DNA from: an uncultured Thermotogae bacterium
Lineage (GTDB): Bacteria; Bipolaricaulota; Bipolaricaulia; RBG-16-55-9; DRXL01
NCBI GenBank assembly: GCA_964473325.1
Contig: CAYYOG010000001.1
Location: forward strand, 133,694-197,693
Reading direction: 5' to 3'
Length of the DNA stretch: 64,000 bases
In this document: positions 38,508 through 47,989 of the stretch, one piece after another
Layout of the letters: every line of letters starts with the position of its first letter
Position numbering within the stretch: position 1 is the stretch's first letter
Notes under the pieces: generated by a model
What the model saw: only the letters and a program-made list of their open reading frames with translations
The model's database searches: none
Told to the model about the DNA's origin: nothing
Translations under genes and position numbers: made by a program

Positions 38508-39077
38508 ATGATCGAAGTGCGGTTTCACGGACGGGGCGGGCAAGGAGCCGTCGTCGCCTCGGAGATCTTAGCGACAGCCCTTTTCAAAGAGGGCAAATTT
38601 GTTCAAGCTTTTCCAGCCTTTGGGGTGGAGCGTCGCGGCGCACCCGTGATGGCCTTCTTACGCTTCGATGACACCCCTATCCGACGACGGTGCCAGATCT
38701 ACGAGCCCGATCACGTCGTCGTCCTCGACCCGACGCTCTTATTAGCCGTAGACGTCACGGCAGGGCTGAAGTCCCACGGAACTATTCTCATCAATAGTGA
38801 CTCTCCTCCAGAAAGCTTTACGGCTCTCCAAAAATTTTTAGTTGCGACCGTGCCCGCGGGGGAGATCGCCGTGGCGCATAAGCTGGGCACGCGAACAAAT
38901 CCCATCGTCAACACTGCGATCTTAGGGGCGTTCGCGCGCCTGACGGGCTTTGTCAGCTTAGAGGCACTGCTCGATGCAATTGCTGAAAAGATTCCGGAGC
39001 GCCAGCGCGAGCGCAACCAAGCCGCCGCCCGCACAGCATACGAAGCCGTGAAGATCATGGAAAGGAGCACCCTATGA
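38508..39077 (+). CDS. porG: Pyruvate/2-oxoacid:ferredoxin oxidoreductase gamma subunit
   Basis: MIEVRFHGRGGQGAVVASEILA... PorG signature. Confidence 0.9.
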   Translation: MIEVRFHGRGGQGAVVASEILATALFKEGKFVQAFPAFGVERRGAPVMAFLRFDDTPIRRRCQIYEPDHVVVLDPTLLLAVDVTAGLKSHGTILINSDSPPESFTALQKFLVATVPAGEIAVAHKLGTRTNPIVNTAILGAFARLTGFVSLEALLDAIAEKIPERQRERNQAAARTAYEAVKIMERSTL

Positions 39078-40729
39078 AAAAGCCCATCGTCTTCACCAGC
39101 GAGCAAGAGATGCCGCCCATGGCCGTCTCGCTCGCCGATATGGGGCACAACCGCACAGGGAGCTGGCGGTATCTGCGCCCGATCTATAGCGAAAAGATTG
39201 CGCCATGCAAGAATGCGTGTCCCGTGGGCAACGATATCCCGAGAATTCTCTCTTTAGTCTCCCAAGGGCGTTATGAAGACGCCTGGCGGCTCTTCCGAGA
39301 GACTTCGCCCTTGCCAGGGGTCTGCGGGAGGGTCTGTTATCACCCGTGCGAGAGCTTTTGCAACCGAAAGAACTTCGACGAAGCGCTCTCGATCGCTGCA
39401 GTAGAGCGCTTCGTCGCCGACGCGTGCTTCGATCTGGAGGACAAGATCCCAGAGCGCCCGAAGCGATCCGAGAAGATCGCGATCGTCGGCTCTGGACCAG
39501 CGGGGCTGACGTGCGCGTACTTCTTGGCCAAAGACGGCTACGCCGTGACGGTCTTCGAAGCAGCCAGCCAGCCGGGTGGGATGTTGCGCCTGGGGATTCC
39601 GGCGTATCGTCTCCCTAGAGAAGTCTTAAATCGCGAGATTGATCTCATCGCCCGCTGGGGGGTCGAGTTCCGCACCAACACGAAGATCGGGCAAGATATA
39701 TCTATCGAGAAGCTCTGGGACTCTCACGACGCCGTCTTCATCGCGACCGGGGCCCACAGCGGACGCGCTCTGAACATCCCAGGCGAAGAGTTTGCTACCC
39801 AAGGGCTTGAGTTTCTCAAAGCCGTCAATGCTGGGAAGACTGTCACTTTAGGCAAGCAGGTGCTCATCATCGGTGGTGGGAACACCGCGATGGACTGCGC
39901 CCGCACCGCGCTGAGACTTGGCGCACAGCCCATCGTCGTCTACCGCCGCACGCGTGAAGAGATGCCCGCTATTGCTGAAGAGATCGAAGAAGCCGAGCAC
40001 GAGGGGACGCGGTTTGAATTCCTCGCCGCGCCCATAGCTATTCGCAAGCTCAACGGGAAGCTTGAAGTGCAGTGTATTCGTATGAAGCTTGGTGAGCCCG
40101 ATGCGAGTGGGCGCCGCCGCCCCGTGCCTATCCCCGGCTCGGATTTCATCATGTACGCCGATACTATGCTGAAAGCCGTGGGCGAGGAGCCCGAGCTGAC
40201 GTTCTTGTCGGAGCACGTGGAGACCAGCGAGGGCATTGTGATCGAGCGTGCTCAGGGGATACTCGAGCGCGCGGGGATCTTCATCGGCGGTGACGCCCAG
40301 ACCGGTCCCAGCACCGTTACACAAGCAATGCGCTCCGGCAAAGAGACTGCTCAAGCTATCACGCGATTCTTACGCGGTGAACGAAAGCCCAAAGCAGTCA
40401 AGCTCGAAGAGGCCCTGCGCGTGAACTTCAATTACTTCACCCACACGCCCAGGGTCCCCACGCCCCAGCTTCCAGTCTCGGAGAGAACCTCGAACTTCTC
40501 GGAGACCAAGGGCGCGATCTCGGCCGAGCAAGCGCGTGCCGAAGCGAACCGTTGCTTCTCCTGTGGGGTCTGCAATAACTGCGATAACTGCTGGGTCTTC
40601 TGCCCCGATGCGGCTATCGTACGCATGAATGGCACCTATGAAGTAAACTACGATTTCTGCAAAGGCTGCGGGGTCTGCGTTGAAGAATGCCCCCGCAACG
40701 TGATCTCGCTCGTCGAGGAGGAGCTATGA
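39074..40729 (+). CDS. Fusion protein of a GltD-like NAD(P)H-binding FeS flavoprotein (N-terminal) and a PorD-type 2x[4Fe-4S] delta subunit (C-terminal)
   Basis: 551 aa. N-terminus has SPLPGVCGRVCYHPCESFC, GSGPAGL (FAD) and GGGNTAMDCAR (NAD(P)). C-terminus has CFSCGVCNNCDNCWVFCP...CKGCGVCVEECP. ATGA overlap with porG, and its stop overlaps the porA start. Confidence 0.8.
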   Translation: MKKPIVFTSEQEMPPMAVSLADMGHNRTGSWRYLRPIYSEKIAPCKNACPVGNDIPRILSLVSQGRYEDAWRLFRETSPLPGVCGRVCYHPCESFCNRKNFDEALSIAAVERFVADACFDLEDKIPERPKRSEKIAIVGSGPAGLTCAYFLAKDGYAVTVFEAASQPGGMLRLGIPAYRLPREVLNREIDLIARWGVEFRTNTKIGQDISIEKLWDSHDAVFIATGAHSGRALNIPGEEFATQGLEFLKAVNAGKTVTLGKQVLIIGGGNTAMDCARTALRLGAQPIVVYRRTREEMPAIAEEIEEAEHEGTRFEFLAAPIAIRKLNGKLEVQCIRMKLGEPDASGRRRPVPIPGSDFIMYADTMLKAVGEEPELTFLSEHVETSEGIVIERAQGILERAGIFIGGDAQTGPSTVTQAMRSGKETAQAITRFLRGERKPKAVKLEEALRVNFNYFTHTPRVPTPQLPVSERTSNFSETKGAISAEQARAEANRCFSCGVCNNCDNCWVFCPDAAIVRMNGTYEVNYDFCKGCGVCVEECPRNVISLVEEEL

Positions 40730-41898
40730 CGCCCACGCTCACGGGAACCAAGAAAGTCGTCACAGGGAATCACGCCGTCTCGTACGGAGCGATGCTCGCG
40801 CGCGTCCAAGTGATCTCAGCATATCCCATTACGCCGCAGACGCAGGTCGTTGAGCTCTTGAGCGAATTCTGCGCCAATGGGACGCTGCGCGCCAAATTCA
40901 TCAAAGTCGAGTCAGAACACTCAGCGATGGCCGCGCTCATCGGCGCAGCGAGCGCTGGAGCAAGAACGTTTACAGCGACGAGTGCCCACGGCTTGGCGCT
41001 CATGCACGAGATGCTCCACTGGGCCGCCGGAGCGAGACTGCCCATCGTGATGGCCGATATCAACCGAGCGATGGGCCCGCCGTGGTCCGTCTGGACCGAT
41101 CAGAATGACAGTCTCTCTCAGCGCGATGTCGGCTGGATGCAGATCTACTGCGAAAGCAACCAAGAAGTCTTGGACACCGTCATTCAAGCATACAAAGTCG
41201 CTGAGAGAGTCTTGATGCCCGCAATGTTGATATTAGACGCGTTCGTGCTCTCACACACCGCTGAACAGATCGAGATTCCCGATCAAGCACTCGTCGATCA
41301 GTATCTGCCGCCGTATCAGCCCATATATAAGCTGGACGTGAACGACCCGCGCTCGTTTGGGGCGCTTGCCCCACCTGATGTTTATATGGAGCTGCGCTAC
41401 AAGATGCACCAAGCGATGGAAGAAGCACTCACGGAGTGGGCCCGCGCAGACGAAGAATACTATGAGCTTTTCGGGCGACGCTATGGGCTGATCGAACCCT
41501 ATGGCGCTGACGACGCTGATCTGATCTTAGTGACGTCAGGAACAGTCACGAGCACGGCGCGGGAAGTGATCGACGCACTGCGCGCAGAGGGCCGCCGGGT
41601 CGGCTTGCTCAAGATGCGAGTCTTTAGACCATTCCCGGCTCAGCTTGTACGCGAGGCGTTAGCGAACGCTCAGAAAGTCGCGGTCCTAGACAGAAATATT
41701 AGCTTTGGGATGGGCGGAATTTTTGCTCAGGAGATCAAGTCGGCGCTCTATAACACACACGATCGCCCGCCGATCTTCGGGTTTGTCGCCGGCTTGGGTG
41801 GACGAGACATCACCCCGAAAGTTATCAGAGAGATCATCGAGTACGCTGAGAGCCATGACGAGCCAGAAGATCTGATCTGGGTGGGGGTGAAACGATGA
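40725..41898 (+). CDS. porA: Pyruvate/2-oxoacid:ferredoxin oxidoreductase alpha subunit
   Basis: MTPTLTGTKKVVTGNHAVSYGAM...YPITPQT. Confidence 0.9.
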
Positions 41899-42785
41899 GA
41901 AATTTTATGCTGCCAGATGAGGAACTGATGGGCTCTGGGCACTTGGGGTGTCAAGGGTGCGGCGGCGCTCTGGCGATGCGCTACGCTCTCAAGGCCGCAG
42001 GCAGCAACACGATCGTCGTCATTCCCGCGTGCTGCTGGACGATCATCGCTGGGCCGTTCCCGTACACGTCTTTGAAAGTCCCAGTGCTGCACACGGCGTT
42101 CGAGACGGCGGCCGTGGCAGCGTCGGGCGTACGCGCCGCGCTCGATATCCAGGGCGACACTGAGACAACCGTGCTCGCTTGGGCTGGCGACGGCGGCACG
42201 TTTGATATCGGGATACAGTCGCTCTCCGGGGCTGCTGAGCGAAACGAAAATATTATCTATATTTGTTACGACAACGAAGCGTATATGAACACGGGGATCC
42301 AGCGCAGCGGCGCCACGCCCTTCCTCGCCTGGACGACGACAACCCCAGAGAAAACCCCAAAGACCGAGCCGAAAAAAGACATCATGGCGATCATGGTCGC
42401 TCACCGTATTCCATATGCTGCCACGGCGACGATTGCCTATCCGGATGACTTCATCCGAAAAGTTCAGAAAGCCAAGAGCATCTACGGCACAAAATTTTTG
42501 CACGTGCTGGCACCGTGCCCGCCGGGTTGGAAAGCCCCCTCAGAATGGGCGATCAAGCTCTCACGATTGGCTGTCCAGACTAGGGTCTTCCCACTCTACG
42601 AAGTCGAAGATGGAAAGAGATATATATTGAACGAGCCTAAGGACAGTACAGCGCTCCCCGTGAGCGAGTATCTCAAGCTCCAAGGGCGGTTTAGCCATCT
42701 GACGGAGAAGGATATCCAAGAGATCCAGCATAGCATAGATGCGAGATGGCAGCAGCTGATGTGCCAAGTTCGTGAGTCGTCATGA
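41895..42785 (+). CDS. porB: Pyruvate/2-oxoacid:ferredoxin oxidoreductase beta subunit (TPP-binding)
   Basis: GCQGCG...GDGG...YDNEAYMNTG TPP/FeS motifs. Confidence 0.9.
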   Translation: MRNFMLPDEELMGSGHLGCQGCGGALAMRYALKAAGSNTIVVIPACCWTIIAGPFPYTSLKVPVLHTAFETAAVAASGVRAALDIQGDTETTVLAWAGDGGTFDIGIQSLSGAAERNENIIYICYDNEAYMNTGIQRSGATPFLAWTTTTPEKTPKTEPKKDIMAIMVAHRIPYAATATIAYPDDFIRKVQKAKSIYGTKFLHVLAPCPPGWKAPSEWAIKLSRLAVQTRVFPLYEVEDGKRYILNEPKDSTALPVSEYLKLQGRFSHLTEKDIQEIQHSIDARWQQLMCQVRESS

Positions 42786-45766
42786 GCGCTCAAGCGATCT
42801 TAATGTCGGGCAACGAAGCGATTGCCCGCGGGGCATGGGAGGCGGGCGCGCGTGTCGGCTGCGGCTATCCTGGTACCCCCAGCACTGAGATCTTAGAGGC
42901 CCTGGCACAATATCCCGAAGTAGATTGCGAATGGTCCACGAACGAAAAAGTCGCGCTCGAAGTCGCGGTCGGTGCAGCCCTCGCTGGCGGAAGAGCCATC
43001 GCCACGATGAAGCACGTGGGGCTGAACGTCGCCGCTGATCCGTTCTTCTCTGTCGCATATATGGGGGTCAACGCGGGCTTGGTCGTCGTCTCCGCCGACG
43101 ACCCCGGGATGCATTCGTCCCAGAACGAGCAAGATAACAGATTCTTAGCTCGTGCAGCTCGTGTTCCACTCTTAGAACCATCGACGGCACAAGAGTGCAA
43201 AGATTTCGCTCTCGCAGCGTTCGAGATCTCTGAGCGCTACGACACCCCAGTCTTGCTGAGAACTACGACGCGCATCTCTCACGGCAAGGGCTTAGTGACG
43301 CTGGGGGAGCGTCGGGAAATTCCGAGAAAACCCTATCGCAAGGACGTCCAAAAGAACGTCGTGCTCCCTGCGCACGGGCGCGCCCGACACGTCCTCATAG
43401 AGACCCAGCGCATCCCTGCTTTAGAAAAAGAAGCTGAGCGCTGGGCCCAGATCTTTGCAGGCTCCGACGACTTAGCGATCATCACGTCTGGGGCAGCGTT
43501 TCTCTACACCCGCGAAGCCTTCCCCAAGGCGACTATTTTAAAGCTGGGCATGACGCATCCCCTGCCCAGAGAACTAATCAAAAGATTCTGTGAGGGCAAG
43601 AAGCGCATAGTCGTTCTGGAAGAGCTTGAGCCCTATCTCACTGAGCAAGTGCGTGCGTTAGGGATCGCTGCGGAAGAGATTCCCCTCCCGCGTTTTGGCG
43701 AACTGTCGGTCGGGCTGGTGCGGCAGGCGGTGGAACGCGCCCGCGACGGGGCCACCCCTCCCCCCGTCACCCTCCCGCTCCTGCCGCCACGCCCACCGAT
43801 CCTGTGCGCCGGCTGCATGCACCGCGGGATCTTCTACGTGCTCAAACAATTAGAAGCTATCGTTTCAGGAGACATCGGCTGCTACACGCTCGGTGCGCTC
43901 GCCCCCCTCGACGCCATGGACACGTGCATGAACATGGGCGCGTCGCTCTCGATGGCCCACGGCATGGCCAAGATCTTCTCCGAAGAAGAACGAAAAAGAC
44001 TTGTCGCGGTCATCGGTGACTCGACGTTCTATCACTCCGGCGTCCCAGCTTTGATAGATATTCTGTATAACCGAGGTCAGACTGTTACTATTATCTTGGA
44101 CAACCACACCACGGCCATGACCGGCCATCAAGAGCACCCCGGCACCGGGCACACTATTAAGGGCGAACCCGCCCCCGTGATCGAACTTGAGTCGCTCGCC
44201 AGAGGTCTAGGGATCAAGCACGTGCAGCGCGTCGATCCTTACGATCTCTTGACAGCCTGGCGCACTATAGATACAGCTCTTCATCGCCGAGAGCCGTCGG
44301 TGATTATCGCCGACGCGCCCTGTGTGCTCAAGGAGAAGCGTCGCTTCGGCGAGATCGTCTCTGTAGATCACAAGAAGTGCACAGAGTGCTTTGCCTGCAC
44401 GGAGCTGGGCTGTCCTGCTATCGAAATTCGAGACGGGCATATTGAAATCAATAAATTGCTCTGTATCGCGTGCACGCATTGCCAACAAGTTTGCGCCGAC
44501 TGCAACGCAGGGATTGACATCCCCCAAGTCCTGGAACTTGTCCATCAGAAGCGCTACGCGGACGCATTCAGAGTCGTAATGCGCGCTAACCCCTTCCCCG
44601 CAGTGGCTGGGCGGGTCTGCCCGCACCCGTGCGATCATGAAGTGAACGCACTCGGCTGGCCTCAAGAGAGACTCTACGCCGAGCGATACCCGGATTTGGT
44701 CAAAGAATTTGCGACGCCGGGCCATCCCGCGAAGCTCTCCGTGCGCGACGTCGAGCGATTTTTGGGTGACTATGGGATCGAGAATTTTTCTGGCGCGGAG
44801 TTTGCACCCATTACAGAACGCCCAGAGAAGGTCGCTATTATCGGCTCTGGACCAGCAGGGCTGTCAGCAGCGTTCTATCTGCGGAGACGCGGCTTTCGCG
44901 TAACAGTCTTGGAAGCATTTGAAAAGCCCGGCGGTATGATGCGCTATGGCATCCCAGCATTTCGTTTAAACAAAGAGATCTTAGATCGCGAGATCGATAG
45001 ACTGTATATGATGGGCGTCGAAATTCGCTGCAATGTGACAGTAGGACGCGACGTGAGCTTCGCAGAACTCCAGAAAGAGTACGATGCAGTCGTCATCGCT
45101 GTGGGGGACTCAGCCCCACAGGAACTCGAACTTGAGGGCACCAGCGAAGTACAAGAAGGGCTGCTCTACGGTGTAGAATTTCTCCGGCGCGTCAACCGCG
45201 GACAGCTCGTGAAAGTTGGGCGCAAAGTTGCTGTCATCGGCGGAGGCAATACAGCTATAGACTGCGCGCGCTCGGCCCAGCGCCTGGGAGCGGACGTGAC
45301 AGTATACTATCGCCGCACCGCCCAAGAGATGCCCGCGATCCGCGATGAAATCGATGAAGCGATCTTAGAAGGGGTGCGCTTTGAGTTCCAGACAAACCCC
45401 ATTAGAGTCAAAGCGAAGGGCGGTCGTGTCTGCGGACTGGAGCTCATCCGGATGCAGCCAGGCCCGCTTGATAAAGACGGACGCCGTCGGCCCGTACCCA
45501 TCCCCGAGAGTGAATTTCACACCGACGTCGACACGGTGATCTTAGCCATCGGCGAGCGAGCCGATCTAGAGTTTCTTAAGGAGACAAAAGTACTATTCGC
45601 TGAGAAGATTCAGGCGACGTTCACAGGAGTAGCGTCGCAACCAGGGATCTTCGCCTGCGGGGATGTCGCATTTGGGTATGGCACCGTAACGCAGAGCATC
45701 GCAACGGGGCGGCGCGTCGCCAGCACGGTCACCGCGTATCTCCAGCGCAAAAGCACAAAAAAATGA
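42782..45766 (+). CDS. Fusion protein of an indolepyruvate:ferredoxin oxidoreductase alpha subunit (TPP and 2x[4Fe-4S] domains) and a C-terminal GltD-like NAD(P)H-binding FeS flavoprotein
   Basis: 994 aa. Residues 1 to about 600 are IorA (GYPGTPSTEILE, IGDSTFYHSG, CTECFACTELGCP, CIACTHCQQVC). Residues from about 600 to 994 are GltD-like (NPFPAVAGRVCPHPCDHE, GSGPAGL, GGGNTAIDCAR, FACGD). ATGA overlaps at both ends. Confidence 0.85.
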   Translation: MSAQAILMSGNEAIARGAWEAGARVGCGYPGTPSTEILEALAQYPEVDCEWSTNEKVALEVAVGAALAGGRAIATMKHVGLNVAADPFFSVAYMGVNAGLVVVSADDPGMHSSQNEQDNRFLARAARVPLLEPSTAQECKDFALAAFEISERYDTPVLLRTTTRISHGKGLVTLGERREIPRKPYRKDVQKNVVLPAHGRARHVLIETQRIPALEKEAERWAQIFAGSDDLAIITSGAAFLYTREAFPKATILKLGMTHPLPRELIKRFCEGKKRIVVLEELEPYLTEQVRALGIAAEEIPLPRFGELSVGLVRQAVERARDGATPPPVTLPLLPPRPPILCAGCMHRGIFYVLKQLEAIVSGDIGCYTLGALAPLDAMDTCMNMGASLSMAHGMAKIFSEEERKRLVAVIGDSTFYHSGVPALIDILYNRGQTVTIILDNHTTAMTGHQEHPGTGHTIKGEPAPVIELESLARGLGIKHVQRVDPYDLLTAWRTIDTALHRREPSVIIADAPCVLKEKRRFGEIVSVDHKKCTECFACTELGCPAIEIRDGHIEINKLLCIACTHCQQVCADCNAGIDIPQVLELVHQKRYADAFRVVMRANPFPAVAGRVCPHPCDHEVNALGWPQERLYAERYPDLVKEFATPGHPAKLSVRDVERFLGDYGIENFSGAEFAPITERPEKVAIIGSGPAGLSAAFYLRRRGFRVTVLEAFEKPGGMMRYGIPAFRLNKEILDREIDRLYMMGVEIRCNVTVGRDVSFAELQKEYDAVVIAVGDSAPQELELEGTSEVQEGLLYGVEFLRRVNRGQLVKVGRKVAVIGGGNTAIDCARSAQRLGADVTVYYRRTAQEMPAIRDEIDEAILEGVRFEFQTNPIRVKAKGGRVCGLELIRMQPGPLDKDGRRRPVPIPESEFHTDVDTVILAIGERADLEFLKETKVLFAEKIQATFTGVASQPGIFACGDVAFGYGTVTQSIATGRRVASTVTAYLQRKSTKK

Positions 45767-46374
45767 ACACATCCAGCGTTACAAATATTATCGTAGTTGG
45801 GGTAGGTGGACAGGGGTCTGTGCTCGCAGGGCAGATCATTGCGCGCGCAGCTGTACTCGCCGGGCTGTCTGTAGCGGCTTCAGAGGTGCACGGCATGGCC
45901 CAGCGCGGCGGTTCGGTCTTCTCCACCGTGCGCTACGGCAAAGACGTGCTCTCATCTGCCGTGCCCGAAGGCGCTGCCGATGTCCTGCTCGCCTTTGAAA
46001 AACTCGAAGCCCTACGCTACCTGAACCATCTCAGAGTCGACGGCTTGGCGTTAGTGAACGATCAGCGCATTGTGCCCAGTGTCGAATCGCTCAAGCTCGC
46101 GCCATATCCCGATGACAAAACTATAGAAGGGACGCTGCGCCGTCGCACAAAGTCCGTCATGATCGTGCCCGCCTTAGAAATCGCGCAAAGGCTGGGCAAT
46201 CCTGCGCTCACCAACACCGTCATGCTCGGCGCGCTCTCCCAGTTTCTCAATCTCCCTCAGGACGCATGGCGCCGCGCCGTCACTGAACTTGTCCCGCCCA
46301 AGACCGTCGAGCTCAATCTCGTAGCGTTTGACGAGGGGCTCAGCTGGGCCCAGCGCGCCTGTATCGCTCTGTAA
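45763..46374 (+). CDS. iorB: Indolepyruvate:ferredoxin oxidoreductase beta subunit
   Basis: IIVVGVGGQGSVLAGQIIA...HGMAQRGG. Confidence 0.85.
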   Translation: MNTSSVTNIIVVGVGGQGSVLAGQIIARAAVLAGLSVAASEVHGMAQRGGSVFSTVRYGKDVLSSAVPEGAADVLLAFEKLEALRYLNHLRVDGLALVNDQRIVPSVESLKLAPYPDDKTIEGTLRRRTKSVMIVPALEIAQRLGNPALTNTVMLGALSQFLNLPQDAWRRAVTELVPPKTVELNLVAFDEGLSWAQRACIAL

Positions 46375-46434
46375 CTGGACGCGAGCCCCCTAATGTGTTA
46401 TATTGAGGGACACCGTGTGAAAGGAGGCCATAGT

Positions 46435-47046
46435 ATGGCGTTTTCTTTACCGCCGTTGCCGTATCCATACGACGCTCTAGAGCCGCACATTGACCAGCTG
46501 ACGATGGAGATCCATCACACCAAGCACCACGCAGGATATGTGAACAATCTCAACAAAGCGTTGGAGTCTGCGCCAGAGTTGGCCAGCAGGTCTCTAGAGG
46601 AGCTGCTAGCCAACAATTGCGCGATTGTTCCAGAGAAGATCAAAACAGCGGTGCGCAATCACGGCGGCGGACATATCAATCATTCGTTCTTCTGGGAGAT
46701 CATGGGGCCCAATGCCGGTGGTCAGCCCTCTGGAAAGCTCGCCGAGGCGATCACACAGACTTTCGGGAGCTTCGAGAAATTCAAGGAGAGATTTACAGAA
46801 GCAGCGTTAGGGCGCTTTGGCTCCGGCTGGGCCTGGCTCGTGCTCACCCCAGAGAGAAAGCTCGAAGTCTACTCGACGGCTAACCAAGATAGCCCTCTAA
46901 TGGAAGGCAAGATCCCCATCTTAGGGATCGACGTTTGGGAGCACGCGTATTATCTCAAATATCAGAACCGCCGCGCCGACTATGTCCAGGCGTGGTGGAA
47001 CGTCGTGAACTGGGCTGCCGTCGAAAAACGCTTCACTTCCATTTGA
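46435..47046 (+). CDS. Fe/Mn superoxide dismutase
   Basis: [32 protein letters not shown]...DVWEHAYY metal ligands. AGGAGG ribosome-binding site. An extended -10 (TGTTATATT) lies upstream. Confidence 0.9.
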   Translation: MAFSLPPLPYPYDALEPHIDQLTMEIHHTKHHAGYVNNLNKALESAPELASRSLEELLANNCAIVPEKIKTAVRNHGGGHINHSFFWEIMGPNAGGQPSGKLAEAITQTFGSFEKFKERFTEAALGRFGSGWAWLVLTPERKLEVYSTANQDSPLMEGKIPILGIDVWEHAYYLKYQNRRADYVQAWWNVVNWAAVEKRFTSI

Positions 47047-47572
47047 TGGTACAGCCCATGGGCTGCGTCTCTTTTAAGTCAGGCTCCCTGCCGGCGAGCA
47101 CGGCGTCCAGGGCATCTTTGAGATAGTGTTTGGTCACTTTATTGGGATCTTGATAGTTGTCATCAATCGTGCCGTGATAGCGCAGCTTCATCGCTGAGTC
47201 GAAGAGAAAGATCTCTGGGGTGCGCTGGGCGCCGTAGGCTCTCGCGATCTGTTGGGTCTCGTCGTACAGATACGGGAAGGGATAGCCCTTCTCTTTCGCT
47301 CTTTTAATCATGTTGTCGAAGCTGTCTTCAGGGTATTTCACAGGGTCATTGGAGTTGATGACGAGAAATTGCACGCCCTTGGGTTCGTACTCTTTGGCGA
47401 GCGCGATCATGCGAGCTTCATACGCCTTCACATATGGGCAATGATTGCAGCTGAAGATCACAGCGACGGCCTTTTTGTTCTTATAATCTGAGAGCTTATA
47501 GGTCTTGCCGTCGACACCTTTAAGCTGGAAGTCTGGGGCTTGGCTACCGTACTTGAGCATAGAGAAAATCAC
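47033..47572 (-). CDS. Thioredoxin-fold redoxin (AhpC/TSA/TlpA-like thiol-disulfide oxidoreductase)
   Basis: FSCNHCPY CxxC motif. Convergent with sod, with a 14-nt overlap. Confidence 0.7.
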   Translation of the reverse strand: MIFSMLKYGSQAPDFQLKGVDGKTYKLSDYKNKKAVAVIFSCNHCPYVKAYEARMIALAKEYEPKGVQFLVINSNDPVKYPEDSFDNMIKRAKEKGYPFPYLYDETQQIARAYGAQRTPEIFLFDSAMKLRYHGTIDDNYQDPNKVTKHYLKDALDAVLAGREPDLKETQPMGCTIKWK

Positions 47573-47740
47573 CTCAATGGGGCAATTATACTCAATAGAA
47601 TCACGGAGAGCACTGAAAGGCTCACGGGTTACACGAAAACCGCTCTATTTCAGTGATTTCTGCGACTCTCTTGCGTGTGTTCCGCGATTCACAAGCTCTC
47701 CTGGACGAATGTGCTCATCATCGCTACAATTATGGCAATG

Positions 47741-47983
47741 ATGAAGCCCATAATTACGATTGAATATTGTGACGAATGTATGTATCTGAAGCCGGCCCTG
47801 GAGGCCGCGCACAAAATCCTCGAGAGCTATGCAGACAGGGTCGAAGCCGTGATGCTCAAGCCTGGACACGACGGGGTCTTCCGCGTCACCGCTCATGATG
47901 TTCTTATTATTCAGATGGGCGACGAGGGCCTGCCCAACGCCGAAAGAGTCGCTCACGCTGTCGGAGAGTTCTTAGAAACTTAA
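47741..47983 (+). CDS. Rdx/SelW-family thioredoxin-fold protein (Cys form)
   Basis: MKPIITIEYCDEC...LKPG..GVF.V.....LI architecture. Confidence 0.55.
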   Translation: MKPIITIEYCDECMYLKPALEAAHKILESYADRVEAVMLKPGHDGVFRVTAHDVLIIQMGDEGLPNAERVAHAVGEFLET

Positions 47984-47989
47984 ATCACC

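Noticed and set aside
40770-45501. Multiple 60-170-aa ORFs on the minus strand inside the por/ior operon
   Set aside because: All are antisense to strongly supported PorA, PorB and IorA coding sequence. They are high-GC frame artefacts.
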